From: an uncultured Bacteroidaceae bacterium
GTDB lineage: Bacteria > CAIWAD01
Direction: 5' to 3'
Assembly (NCBI GenBank): GCA_964345075.1
Contig: CAYFPS010000007.1
Span: 50,214-114,213, forward strand
DNA length: 64,000 nucleotides
Positions within the stretch are counted from its first letter, which is position 1. Each line of letters begins with the position of its first letter. The notes beneath the pieces are model-generated. The model saw only the letters and a list, made by a program, of their open reading frames with translations, ran no database searches and was not told where the DNA came from. This document shows positions 28,196 to 37,963 of this stretch, piece after piece. Both the position numbers and the translations under genes were made by a program.

Positions 28196-29137
28196 TCAGG
28201 GCAGCCTTACACTCAGCATGACCAGATGGCTGGCGCCGAGATCCTCATGGGGTCGCCAGGCATAATCGACAGCCACCCGCCCCAGAGACAGTCCGGCACC
28301 GGCCGCGGGATCGCCTTCGGACCAACCGGCACGCAGGCGGAATCGCTCAAGCAGGATCCACTCCAGCCCGCCTTGCGCGCTGACACTGCGCCAGCTTCCA
28401 TCGCGGCCTGGGCTTTTGCCCTCGAGTTCGGTAAGGAGATCGACTTCCAGCATCAGGCGGCTGCGCAGGCGGGGCAGGGCTGTTTGCCAGGCCGCGCCCA
28501 GCGAGGCTTCTGGCGCAATCCAATCCTGCTCGCCATCATCCCAGATGAGGATCGTGCCGGTCAGGTCACGCAGGCGCAGGGCCAGATCCAATCCCGGGCG
28601 GACGGTGCTTGTCAGCCCGGCATCCAGACCGATTCCCTGCCCCTTGAAGGCAACAAGGTCGCGGTGCACCAGCTTGACGGTCAGGCCCGCCCTGAAGCGC
28701 TCGCCCAGATCGAAAGAACTACCCAGGCCCAGCATCCAGTCCTGAGCGCTTTCAAACTCGGGCGCCGGGCGGCCTCCCGCCTCGAAACTGTCGCCGCCCT
28801 CCAGCGCATCAAGGATTGGAATGTCCTCGATCGATTGACGAATCAGATAGAGGCCTAGTGGCATTTCGCGCCAACGGCCTTCCCAGCCAATGAACTCCTG
28901 CTTCAGCTCTCCATCAAACAGTGTCTGATGCTGCAAAGCCAGGTGTCTTTCGGGTGAATCGGGAATGAGTGCGGGGTTCCACCAGGCGGCCGTCCCGGGA
29001 CTTGCCTGCAAAAGCCCGGCATTGCCCCGGCCCACTGCCGCGGCCCCGGTATCGATCCTGAGAAACTCGCCAGCATGACGATCCGCTGCAGGCAGCCGTG
29101 CTGCAAGCAGTAGCAGTATCAGCAGGCAGCCTCTCAC
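28196..29137 (-). CDS. Putative outer-membrane beta-barrel protein (PorV/PorQ-like?)
   Basis: Signal peptide MRGCLLILLLLAARLPAA; alternating amphipathic strands; C-terminal aromatic. Confidence 0.4.
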   Translation of the reverse strand: MRGCLLILLLLAARLPAADRHAGEFLRIDTGAAAVGRGNAGLLQASPGTAAWWNPALIPDSPERHLALQHQTLFDGELKQEFIGWEGRWREMPLGLYLIRQSIEDIPILDALEGGDSFEAGGRPAPEFESAQDWMLGLGSSFDLGERFRAGLTVKLVHRDLVAFKGQGIGLDAGLTSTVRPGLDLALRLRDLTGTILIWDDGEQDWIAPEASLGAAWQTALPRLRSRLMLEVDLLTELEGKSPGRDGSWRSVSAQGGLEWILLERFRLRAGWSEGDPAAGAGLSLGRVAVDYAWRPHEDLGASHLVMLSVRLP

Positions 29138-30180
29138 ACTGGCTCCTGTGTCAGGTGAACGCCATCCTGAGTCGGCTGATCGACCGCGCGCAGGAAGGCC
29201 GGAACCACGCTGCGACGAAAGAGCAGCCGGGCTTCCTCCAGCCCCATGCTGCCAGCAGCCAGCTGACCGCCCGCCATGTGTCGATGGCCGCCCGCGCTGC
29301 CATGTTCACTCATCAGGGCACGTGCCAGCCGCCCGGCGTGGGGGGTTTTACGGCTGTTGCGAATGGAAAAGACCACGCGGTCTTCCAGCCAGCCCCAGAC
29401 CAGCACCCAGTAGATGCCCTCGAGTCGCATGAAACTATCCGCTACTTCCGCCACGAAATCGGGATGACGGGTCGGTCCCAGATCCACGACCATGGCGCGG
29501 CCGAAGCGCTGGGCACGCTCCACGGCTTCCTTCATCAGGATGAAATAGGCTGCCGGAACCTTGGCGTGCACGATGCTGTGCATCAGGTCCCAGTCAATTT
29601 TGGGATGCAGTTTGAGATAGACCTGTCGGTCGGCCTTGCAGGCGCCTCGACCCATGTCATTGGTTTCCGTGCGAATCGCGTAATACAAGGCCGTTGCCAG
29701 CGGGACATCCACCTTCAGATTGCGCGCCAGCAGGTACTCGTAAGCAATGGTCGCAGTGGCTCCATAGGGCTCACGCAGGTCGAGAAATTCCGGCTCATGC
29801 GGCCAGGCTTCACCCTTGATATGATGATCCACGATGCCGTAGCGCGCGTTCTCAGGCAGCTTGCAGCTGTTGTTACCGCTGCCGGGCTGACTGTCCACAA
29901 AGAGGAAAAAGTCGTAGCTGGCAAGGTCTACTTCATGCAGCGGCTGTATCTCAAGATCCAGCATCTGCTGCATGCTGCGGTTCTCGGCACGACCCAGCTC
30001 CCCGCCGGAAGCCACGGTAGCCTCGCGATCCATGCTTTCCATCAGCAGCTTGAAGGCCATGGCAGAGGCCACGCAGTCCGGATCCGGATTGTCGTGTGTT
30101 ACAATCAGGACACGGCGAACCATCTGCAGAAGAGTTTTCATCTCCTGCAGTCGTCTCGTGCTTTCTTTCACCTGCGTCAT
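29134..30180 (-). CDS. nrnA: DHH/DHHA1 phosphoesterase (NrnA-like oligoribonuclease/pAp phosphatase)
   Basis: DHH motif IVDHHI; DHHA1 GGGHRHMAGG. Confidence 0.8.
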   Translation of the reverse strand: MTQVKESTRRLQEMKTLLQMVRRVLIVTHDNPDPDCVASAMAFKLLMESMDREATVASGGELGRAENRSMQQMLDLEIQPLHEVDLASYDFFLFVDSQPGSGNNSCKLPENARYGIVDHHIKGEAWPHEPEFLDLREPYGATATIAYEYLLARNLKVDVPLATALYYAIRTETNDMGRGACKADRQVYLKLHPKIDWDLMHSIVHAKVPAAYFILMKEAVERAQRFGRAMVVDLGPTRHPDFVAEVADSFMRLEGIYWVLVWGWLEDRVVFSIRNSRKTPHAGRLARALMSEHGSAGGHRHMAGGQLAAGSMGLEEARLLFRRSVVPAFLRAVDQPTQDGVHLTQEPV

Positions 30181-30258
30181 TCTGCCTTCTCCAAACAGGC
30201 CATTACCGCGACCTGAATTGCAGCCAAGGTAGCAATTCGCACTCGTCCTGCTTTGATT

Positions 30259-31206
30259 TCAAGGCTTCAGCACCCGCTCCAGACGAACGATTCGCCAGCC
30301 ATCCCGACCCTGGTCAAAATCAACCCGCCAGCGATAGCTGCCGCTGATATCCTCGAAGTAGGAAAAATCCCCAAGCGGCGGCGCTTTCAGTTCCAGCTTC
30401 CTGTCCAGCAGTTTGGGAAGGCTTGCCTTAAGGCTTGCCTTGAAATCAACCGAGCCACTCCCCGGCAGGGAAAAGAGTCGTGTGGGGTCAACCAGCGCCC
30501 GGGCCCGGCGCCAATGGCCTTTGCGTGCGTGATCAATGAACTGCCCGAGGCAGCGATAGGGGCTGTCCAGCGAATGGGCCTTCTCCAGATGCCACTCGCC
30601 CTCCTGCTGAAGGATAAAGCGCTCATTCTCCAGACGCCAACTGCCGGGGCTCTCCCGGAAAAGCGCCTTTTTCGAATCGTCCGCCCTGAGCAGGCTCAGC
30701 CTTTCAGCGTGACGAATTCGCCAGGAGCCGACAGGTCCTGAGTGGAGCTGCTTCCAGCTGCCGTCAAGTTTGAGTTCGCCGAGCTCGGCCAGATCCCCTG
30801 TAACACGGACAAGCAGCAGACGTGTATCACCGTCTGGTCCAGCCTTCTTTTCATCTTCGAGCTGATCCAGCAGACGCAGGCTGTCGACCTTTGCCAGAAA
30901 GACCAGGCGCCCGCCCTTCTCCCGATGATCCATCCACCAGAGGCGACGGGCATCGGTATCACGCACATCAAGCAGCCAGCCGCCGGCAAGCCGCCTTACT
31001 GTGTGACGAGCTGGATCCAGCAGGTTGATGCGGGACTGATCACGCTGGAGATCGCCGCTGAGCTGAGCTGCCAGTCGCTCCATGTCAGTCGCCCTTGCCT
31101 GCTCCTCAATGGCCTTCCAGCCTGGGCGGGGCGCACATACCTGAAAGACAAGCAGCGCTAACCCAGCAAGCCAGAGAAGGCCCCTCAGCCTGTTCGCTTG
31201 AGCCAT
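30259..31206 (-). CDS. Secreted hypothetical protein
   Basis: Signal peptide; no motif recognised. Confidence 0.5.
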   Translation of the reverse strand: MAQANRLRGLLWLAGLALLVFQVCAPRPGWKAIEEQARATDMERLAAQLSGDLQRDQSRINLLDPARHTVRRLAGGWLLDVRDTDARRLWWMDHREKGGRLVFLAKVDSLRLLDQLEDEKKAGPDGDTRLLLVRVTGDLAELGELKLDGSWKQLHSGPVGSWRIRHAERLSLLRADDSKKALFRESPGSWRLENERFILQQEGEWHLEKAHSLDSPYRCLGQFIDHARKGHWRRARALVDPTRLFSLPGSGSVDFKASLKASLPKLLDRKLELKAPPLGDFSYFEDISGSYRWRVDFDQGRDGWRIVRLERVLKP

Positions 31207-32702
31207 GCTCGAATGCCTTTCACAATGGCCCTTGCCTGTTTACGCTGCAGGGCTCGTGAGACAAGTTTATCCTCTTCCTTCGGGTGAATCAGGGTGCCCA
31301 GCTCCAGCAGAACTGCCGGGCGCTGGTGCTGGCGTATCACGGCCAGGCTCCGCCAGGAAAAACCCTGATCACGCAGTCGGGCCCCCGCCAGCAGTTCGTG
31401 ATGCAGATTGGCAGCCAGATTGCGCGACCAGGCGCTCCAGTAAAAAGTGGAAGAGCCCTCTTTGCTCCAGGGGTCATCGCGCTCGCTGACGCTGTCATAG
31501 TGCAGGCTGAGTAGCAGGTCCGCCTGCAGACTGTCGGCAAGACCCACGCGATCGTAAAGACCCACTTGCTGGTCCTGCTCGCGCGTAAGGTGCACGCGCG
31601 CACCCTTTGCTTCAAGCTCCGCCTTGAGCTTGCGGGCGAAGTCCAGCACCAGATCCTTCTCCATGATACCGCCCGCGGAAACGCAGCCGCTTTCCGGCCC
31701 GCCATGCCCCGGATCGAGAACAATCACCATGTCCTGAAGGCGCTTGGGACGACGCTTCAGGCGCAGTAGCAGGTTCTGGCCATCAAGGGCAAGTTCGTGT
31801 CCGCAAAAGGCGCCGGCCTCGAGATCCAGTGTGATCCACAAACTGCCGTCGCTTGCCGGTTCCCAGTCGAGATGTCGAATCCCGCATGCTTCATCCAGAC
31901 GAATCCAGTCAAGATGGGACTGTGTGTTCCACAGTTTCAGGTGAAGTTTACTGCCATCCACACTGGCTTCAGCCTGCCAAAGCACGGGCTGGCTGCCCCG
32001 CCAGGGAAGCCTGAGCACAGTATCACCCGCCTCGCTTAAGCTTGCTCTGCCCGTTGAACCAAGCAGCGTGGGCGCCTGTGCTTCGTCCTTTCTTTCCAGA
32101 CTCATGACTCGCGAGCGGCTTGTCCATGCTTCGTGACCGCTTCCCAGATCCAGTTTGAGCCAGTTGCCATATCCTTCGCTGACGGGAAAGCGACTGCCTG
32201 CCTGCGGAAAAAGCCAGTAGCTGCCGCCCATTGAAGCGCTGATCACAGCACCGTCATCCATAACAGCAATAAGCTCTTCACAGTTGACAGGAGCTTCGGG
32301 GGATGAACTGCTCAAAGGCTGCACAAGCTGCCAGGTTCTTGTTTCGACCTTTGCTCCCGGTCCGTGTATCACAAACTGGATTCGATCCTCGTCCGGCCAG
32401 GCAATGCGATCGGCAAAACGCCCGTCAGCCATGCCGCGCATCAGCTGCCCGTTAACCAGAACACGCGCCCCGGGAATCAAACTGCGACCATTGATCAAAA
32501 GCGAATCACGCCGTGAGACAATCAAGCCTCCTGATTCTGCGAGATTTCGCGGGTGTGAAAGCCAGCCCCCGCCAGGCAGCTCCGGGAGTCCGGCGCTTGC
32601 GAATCCATGGCAGGGCAGCAGGCAGAGGTATGCGATCAGCAGGCAGGCAAGGGGAAGCCGGGCCTTAGAGCTCACCACGAACACGCCCTCCATCCTCTGC
32701 AT
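31185..32702 (-). CDS. amiC: N-acetylmuramoyl-L-alanine amidase (Amidase_3, AmiC-like)
   Basis: VIVLDPGHGGPESGCVSAGG...ARVHLTR catalytic region; N-terminal signal. Confidence 0.8.
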   Translation of the reverse strand: MQRMEGVFVVSSKARLPLACLLIAYLCLLPCHGFASAGLPELPGGGWLSHPRNLAESGGLIVSRRDSLLINGRSLIPGARVLVNGQLMRGMADGRFADRIAWPDEDRIQFVIHGPGAKVETRTWQLVQPLSSSSPEAPVNCEELIAVMDDGAVISASMGGSYWLFPQAGSRFPVSEGYGNWLKLDLGSGHEAWTSRSRVMSLERKDEAQAPTLLGSTGRASLSEAGDTVLRLPWRGSQPVLWQAEASVDGSKLHLKLWNTQSHLDWIRLDEACGIRHLDWEPASDGSLWITLDLEAGAFCGHELALDGQNLLLRLKRRPKRLQDMVIVLDPGHGGPESGCVSAGGIMEKDLVLDFARKLKAELEAKGARVHLTREQDQQVGLYDRVGLADSLQADLLLSLHYDSVSERDDPWSKEGSSTFYWSAWSRNLAANLHHELLAGARLRDQGFSWRSLAVIRQHQRPAVLLELGTLIHPKEEDKLVSRALQRKQARAIVKGIRAWLKRTG

Positions 32703-33528
32703 CCAGCCTCATCTGCTCCACGGGTAGATTCCAGTTGCAGCCACGAGCTCTTGAAAAGAGCAGGCCCAGACCATAGAGCACGAGATAGGGAAGATGCTCG
32801 GTGATCTCGCGGCTATGCCTGCTGATAATCCGGCCGAAGCCACCCGTTGATAGGACACGCACATTAGGGTCAGCCAGTTCGTCGCGAATGGCCCGGACAA
32901 GTCCTTCAGCCTGCGCCACTGCTCCATTTAGCAGGCCCGACTGCATGGCTCGCTCGGTTGTTGTTCCAATGATGCTGGGGGGAAAGCTCAAGGCCACCTT
33001 GGGCAGCTTGGCTGCATTCTGGTGCAGGCTGCGCAGTGCGCTTTGCGGACCAGGCAGAATCAGACCACCCAGGAAAGCACCCTCCCGTGATACAACATCA
33101 AAGGTTGTGGCCGTACCAAAGTCGATCACAATGGCCGATCCCTGGCAGTAATGGTGGGCAGCGATCACATTGCAAATGCGATCGGCACCAACCGTGGATG
33201 GCTCATCAACCTTCAGCTCGGGCACGCCGCATGTTTCGTGATCCACAAGCAGGGCGTCCAGCTCCAGATAGTGCTCGCTCAGCTTGATCCATACGAAGTT
33301 CAAGTCAGGCACGACGCTGGAGAGCGCTACGCCCGTGATCTGGCGCGGTTCCAACTGAACACTGCGCAGAAGAGTTGAAAGCATCACCCAGCTTTCATCA
33401 ATGGTGCGTGCGTTGTTGGAACTAAGACGCCAGTGCGCCACCAGACGGGCCTCGCGAAAGAGACCCAGCACGATGTGTGTGTTACCGATATCAACAGCCA
33501 GCAGCAGTTCACAGGCTTGCATGCTCAC
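32665..33528 (-). CDS. coaX: Type III pantothenate kinase
   Basis: LLAVDIGNTHIVLGL and DFGTATTFDVV. Confidence 0.85.
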   Translation of the reverse strand: MSMQACELLLAVDIGNTHIVLGLFREARLVAHWRLSSNNARTIDESWVMLSTLLRSVQLEPRQITGVALSSVVPDLNFVWIKLSEHYLELDALLVDHETCGVPELKVDEPSTVGADRICNVIAAHHYCQGSAIVIDFGTATTFDVVSREGAFLGGLILPGPQSALRSLHQNAAKLPKVALSFPPSIIGTTTERAMQSGLLNGAVAQAEGLVRAIRDELADPNVRVLSTGGFGRIISRHSREITEHLPYLVLYGLGLLFSRARGCNWNLPVEQMRLDAEDGGRVRGEL

Positions 33529-34322
33529 TCCACCAGATTCAGTTCCATGCCATCTTCAGTAGCACGCTGACGCAGTTCACCCGAGGCGACAATCAGACTG
33601 CCTCCGCTCCAGCCAAGCTGCAGGCGACCATCGTCCAGCAGCCGGGATTGTGTCAGCACTTCGCTTCGTCCCTGCCAGTTAAGCTTGCAGGGCATGCGCC
33701 TGAGCAAATGCCAGGCTTCCAGCTCTTCGCGCAGCAATTTGCTGTCGTTGATCAGAAGCGGAAAGTGCCGTGCCCTGTCCAGGAGCGAATGCACAAGCTT
33801 CTCACGATCCGGCAGGAGTCCGGCCCCGGCCAGACTGATGGCGGGCTGATCAACCTCAGCGGGAAAACGTTGCTGATAGAGGTTGACACCAAAACCACAA
33901 ACAGCCTTGCACTTTTCGCCCTGAACCTGGGTCTGCACAAGGATTCCTGCCAGCTTGGAGGGCGCTCCGAAACCCAGCATCAGCAGATCGTTGGGCCACT
34001 TCCAGCAGATGGGCAGCTCTTCGCCACCGGCCTCGATAATGCACTTGCGCAGGGTGTCCAGCAGGGCCCAGCAGCAGGCAAGAGCAATCAGGCCCATTCC
34101 CTTTTGTGTTACAAAATCGAAACGCAGACTGATCAGGAGGCCTTCCCCGGGCGGACAGTACCAGCTGCGGCCGCGCCGTCCCTGTCCGCCGCTCTGGTAG
34201 TCCACCAGAAGCGCCGTGAAGTCACGATCCAGCTCATTGCCGCTGCCGATGGCGTCCAGCAGCTCGCGATTGCTGCTTTCCACCTCCTGTCGTCGATGGA
34301 GATTCCAGCTGAGTGGCTTCAC
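33525..34322 (-). CDS. birA: Biotin-[acetyl-CoA-carboxylase] ligase
   Basis: GQGRRGRSWYCPPGEGL...KWPNDL. Confidence 0.85.
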   Translation of the reverse strand: MKPLSWNLHRRQEVESSNRELLDAIGSGNELDRDFTALLVDYQSGGQGRRGRSWYCPPGEGLLISLRFDFVTQKGMGLIALACCWALLDTLRKCIIEAGGEELPICWKWPNDLLMLGFGAPSKLAGILVQTQVQGEKCKAVCGFGVNLYQQRFPAEVDQPAISLAGAGLLPDREKLVHSLLDRARHFPLLINDSKLLREELEAWHLLRRMPCKLNWQGRSEVLTQSRLLDDGRLQLGWSGGSLIVASGELRQRATEDGMELNLVE

Positions 34323-36952
34323 GACTTCAGTCCATTTTTCGATACATGTATCACAACCAGCGTCAAGTCATCTACTTGCTCGTTGCCTTTTTCCCAGGCC
34401 CTGACTTCTTCATGAATCTCGGCCTCCAGCTCTTCGGCCGTACTGGCCTGACTGCCTTCCAGCAGTTGCCGCAGACGATCTTCACCGAATTCTTCTTCCT
34501 GTCCGTTTTGAGCCTCCGTCAGGCCGTCGGTGTAGAAGATCAGCCAGTCTCCGGGCACAAGCTCCAGGTCTTCGGCGTCGTAGCCCACTCCGGCAAACAT
34601 GCCGAGTGCCATGCCACCGCAATCCAGCGTGCGACAGGTTCCCGCACGCAGCAGTAGTGGTGGATTGTGTCCGGCGTTGGAATAGTGCAGGCGAAAGCCC
34701 TCTGTCGTCCGCTCCAGCTGCCCCTGCACAAAGGTTACAAAGAGCTCGTCAGCCGTTGTCGCAGCCAGGCGGTCATTCAGGCGCACATTGCTCTCGGCAC
34801 TGTCCAGGTCAAGCTCCAGCATGCTGCGCCAAGCGGCCTGAAGGTTGCTCATCAGTAGCGCGGCGGCCACGCCCTTGCCGGAGACATCACCCAGTGCCAG
34901 AAAAACCGAGTCATTACTCTGTGATACAAAATCATAGTAATCGCCGCCGGTTTCAAGCGCCATCCGGCAACCACCGGCAATCTGCAAGCCTGGTATGCAG
35001 GGAGGCGCAGCGGGCAACAAGCCCTGTTGGATGTTGCGCGCAATGGTCAGTTCACGCTCAAGCCGCTCTTTGACGGCCAGATCCCGCATATTATCACGAA
35101 TCCGCGAGCTCATGGCATTGAAGGACCGGGCCAGTCTGCCCAGCTCGTCTTCCGTGCGAATTGGCAGGACAAGGTCCAGATTGCCACGGGCAAGCTCCTC
35201 GGTGCCTGCACGCAATTCTTCCGTGCTGCGCGTGATACGCAGATTGATCCGCCAGGCAATCCAGAAGCCTATCAGCAACAGAGGAATAAGATTCAGCAGC
35301 AGCACCACCAGCACAACGACATAGTGGACGATCACCACACGCTCGCTGTTCAGCAGCACGGGAAGAATCTTGCCGGGAAGTGCCTCAGCCTGCGCCAGGA
35401 TCTGTTCGCTGGCATCCGCCAGAGGAAAATCCCTGTCGCCGATCCGCGACAGACCCAGCGCAAAAAAGCGGCGCGAGAAGGGATCGGAGGGAACAGGATA
35501 ACCGCGTGTGCGCCCCAGTTCCCGCGCGCTGTAGGTTCCAAAGCCAAAGGTGCTGGTCAGAAAGGCCGGCAAATCCGCACCGCTGATGGAAACCAGCCTG
35601 ACCTCACTGCCGACGGCCTCTGCAATTCGATCGACTGCCTCTGCATCCAGCGGAAAGAAGCCCAGCGCCAGCAATCGTTCCCGCTCCACCATGGCCACCT
35701 GCCAGGCCTTGCTTCCAACGCGTATCACGCCCGTTGAACTGCGAGTACGCCAGTCAGCTGGAAGCTCGAGTTGGTCCAGTGGAAAATCACCCGGCATGCG
35801 CCAGCTGGAAATCAGCCGCCGCCAGCTCTCGGTAGATGTGCTGTCGGCAGGATCCGCTTCCCGCTGCCTCAAATAAAGGCTGTAATGGCCGCGCCCGGCG
35901 TCGTGTTCGCTGCCCAGACTGCGAATCTGTTGTTCAAACAGTTGTTGGGCCTGTCTGTCCAGCGGGTTTGAATATGCCTGTGCGAAAAGGGAAGTAATCA
36001 GGCGACCACTCTCCATGCGCGTATCCAGACCTCGTGATACAAGGTGTGCGCGGTAAGTGCCCAGAACGACAAAGGCCGCGGTTCCAATCAGAATGCCAAG
36101 CAGCAGCAGCGGCAGCAGGCCGGTAAGGAGAGCGTTGGTGGCCAGCTTGGTGCGAATGCGACTTTCCATCAGCAGGCGGCGAACCAGCAGAAAGCTCAAC
36201 AGCAGCAGCAGGATGCTGGTAAAGGCCAGGGCCGGACCGTGGGAAGGCGCAAACCAGGCTTCCAGCTGGCGGGCAGCATCAACAGGGGCTGTATCGAAAG
36301 TGCTGGCCTGAACCTGGCTACCGAAATTCCTGACGAAGTTCAAAATGGCCCAGAATCCTTGAACCACAAAAAGCAGCCAGGCCAGTGGAATCCAGCGGTG
36401 CAGGCTGGCCACGCTTAACCAGCGCCAGCCGGCCAGAAGGGCCAGAGGAATCAGGAAATTGGAATTCCCGAAAAGCAGGCCGGTAATGGTTAGCAGGGCC
36501 ACCAGCCAGCGACCTATGCGCCTTCGCCAGCGGAGATCGGATTCATCACACCACCATTTGACAGCCTGATCCAGAATCAGACCAGAAAGCAGGAGCTGCA
36601 CCAGAAAGGCAGGCAGGAGCCAGCCGATGGCTCCGCTGGAGCTGGCCAGAAAGGTAAAGGGGTAAATCAGTCCGGAAGCCGCCAGCAGAAGCCAGGAGGC
36701 AGGCTCAAACTCAACCTGCAAGCGTCTGACCAGCAGCCAGGCGGCAGCAATCAGCAGGAGTCCGGCAGCGGCAGGCAGCTCCTCCGATCCCTGTGAATAG
36801 GCCAGCCATGCCCAGCTGCAACCGCCAAGGGCAAAGCTCAGGGGCCAGCGCCACTGACGATCCAGATGGCGCAGCCAGCTTCGAAGAATGCGTGGTTGTG
36901 TTGTGTTGCTCATGAAACCCGCGGGCGCTTCAGAAAGGCGCCGGAAGCACAT
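34319..36952 (-). CDS. Multi-pass membrane sensor with HAMP and PP2C (SpoIIE/RsbU-type) phosphatase domain
   Basis: More than 10 TM segments; HAMP; PP2C motif LALGDVSGKGVAAALLMSNL. Confidence 0.75.
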   Translation of the reverse strand: MCFRRLSEAPAGFMSNTTQPRILRSWLRHLDRQWRWPLSFALGGCSWAWLAYSQGSEELPAAAGLLLIAAAWLLVRRLQVEFEPASWLLLAASGLIYPFTFLASSSGAIGWLLPAFLVQLLLSGLILDQAVKWWCDESDLRWRRRIGRWLVALLTITGLLFGNSNFLIPLALLAGWRWLSVASLHRWIPLAWLLFVVQGFWAILNFVRNFGSQVQASTFDTAPVDAARQLEAWFAPSHGPALAFTSILLLLLSFLLVRRLLMESRIRTKLATNALLTGLLPLLLLGILIGTAAFVVLGTYRAHLVSRGLDTRMESGRLITSLFAQAYSNPLDRQAQQLFEQQIRSLGSEHDAGRGHYSLYLRQREADPADSTSTESWRRLISSWRMPGDFPLDQLELPADWRTRSSTGVIRVGSKAWQVAMVERERLLALGFFPLDAEAVDRIAEAVGSEVRLVSISGADLPAFLTSTFGFGTYSARELGRTRGYPVPSDPFSRRFFALGLSRIGDRDFPLADASEQILAQAEALPGKILPVLLNSERVVIVHYVVVLVVLLLNLIPLLLIGFWIAWRINLRITRSTEELRAGTEELARGNLDLVLPIRTEDELGRLARSFNAMSSRIRDNMRDLAVKERLERELTIARNIQQGLLPAAPPCIPGLQIAGGCRMALETGGDYYDFVSQSNDSVFLALGDVSGKGVAAALLMSNLQAAWRSMLELDLDSAESNVRLNDRLAATTADELFVTFVQGQLERTTEGFRLHYSNAGHNPPLLLRAGTCRTLDCGGMALGMFAGVGYDAEDLELVPGDWLIFYTDGLTEAQNGQEEEFGEDRLRQLLEGSQASTAEELEAEIHEEVRAWEKGNEQVDDLTLVVIHVSKNGLKS

Positions 36953-37766
36953 CCAACCTGCTTAGCAGATGCAGCACGGGAACCGCGAAAATCCATGAAT
37001 CGAAGCGGTCCAGCACTCCACCATGTCCGGGGAGGAGATTTGCCGAGTCTTTCACCCCCGCGTCCCGCTTCAGCCGTGACTCCAGCAGGTCACCCATGGG
37101 TCCAAGCAGGCCCATGATCAGACCCAGCAGCAGACCGGCAGGCACCAGTTCCGGAGAAAAAAAGCGGGCAGCCAGCGAACCGGCAAACATGGCACCCAGC
37201 AGACCGGCCACAAAGCCCTCAATGGTCTTTTTGGGTGATACACGCTCGAATAGTTTGTGACGACCAAAAAAGCGGCCGCCAAAATAGGCAAAAGTGTCAG
37301 TGGCCCAGGTGCTGATCAGCAGCATGATCATCAGGGGCCCGGCGGGGGCATCGGCGGCAACCAGCTCCCGGTTCATGGCCGTCAGAGCAGCAAAGGGCAG
37401 GGTGCCGATCAGGGCCGCCGTCATGGCACCGCCGATTCCGGCCAGCACTTCGCTGCGGGAGCTGAACAGCTCGCGGGCCAGCAGCGCCAGCATCCAGATA
37501 GCTGTCAGCGTTCCGAACAGGGCATGGAAATCCAGCGTGGAAAAGCCAGCGGCCAGCGGAAGAACCACGACATAAGGCATAACCCAACCGCGGGAATGTC
37601 CGATGCCCTTTTCCTTGAGCAGGTTGCACATTTCCAGAAAGGCCAACAGACTCAGCAGGGTACAAAGCAGGGTAAGGCCTGCTCCGCCCAACCAGAAAAG
37701 GAGCCCCAGAATCGGGACTCCAACGAGGGATGTGAGTACGCGGGATTGTAGATCGCTCAGCTGCAT
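36930..37766 (-). CDS. cdsA: Phosphatidate cytidylyltransferase
   Basis: CTP-transferase signature region near the C-terminus. Start trimmed to MQLSDLQ. Track ORF 36930..37880. Confidence 0.8.
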   Translation of the reverse strand: MQLSDLQSRVLTSLVGVPILGLLFWLGGAGLTLLCTLLSLLAFLEMCNLLKEKGIGHSRGWVMPYVVVLPLAAGFSTLDFHALFGTLTAIWMLALLARELFSSRSEVLAGIGGAMTAALIGTLPFAALTAMNRELVAADAPAGPLMIMLLISTWATDTFAYFGGRFFGRHKLFERVSPKKTIEGFVAGLLGAMFAGSLAARFFSPELVPAGLLLGLIMGLLGPMGDLLESRLKRDAGVKDSANLLPGHGGVLDRFDSWIFAVPVLHLLSRLDVLPAPF

Positions 37767-37963
37767 GTCGCAAGGTAAGGCTTTTCCGCCAAGGCACCTT
37801 GACTGGAAGTCCGGTTTGCAAAGATTTCGCCCCTTGGTGTAGAGCCAGGTAGAGATTTCCTTCAGCCGGCCGCAAAACAAGGATCCTCTTGCGGCCTAGC
37901 ACTTGAAAAAACCCGCATATTCACCTATTATGAGCGGTTTGAGCATTTGGGAGAAACAGCCTT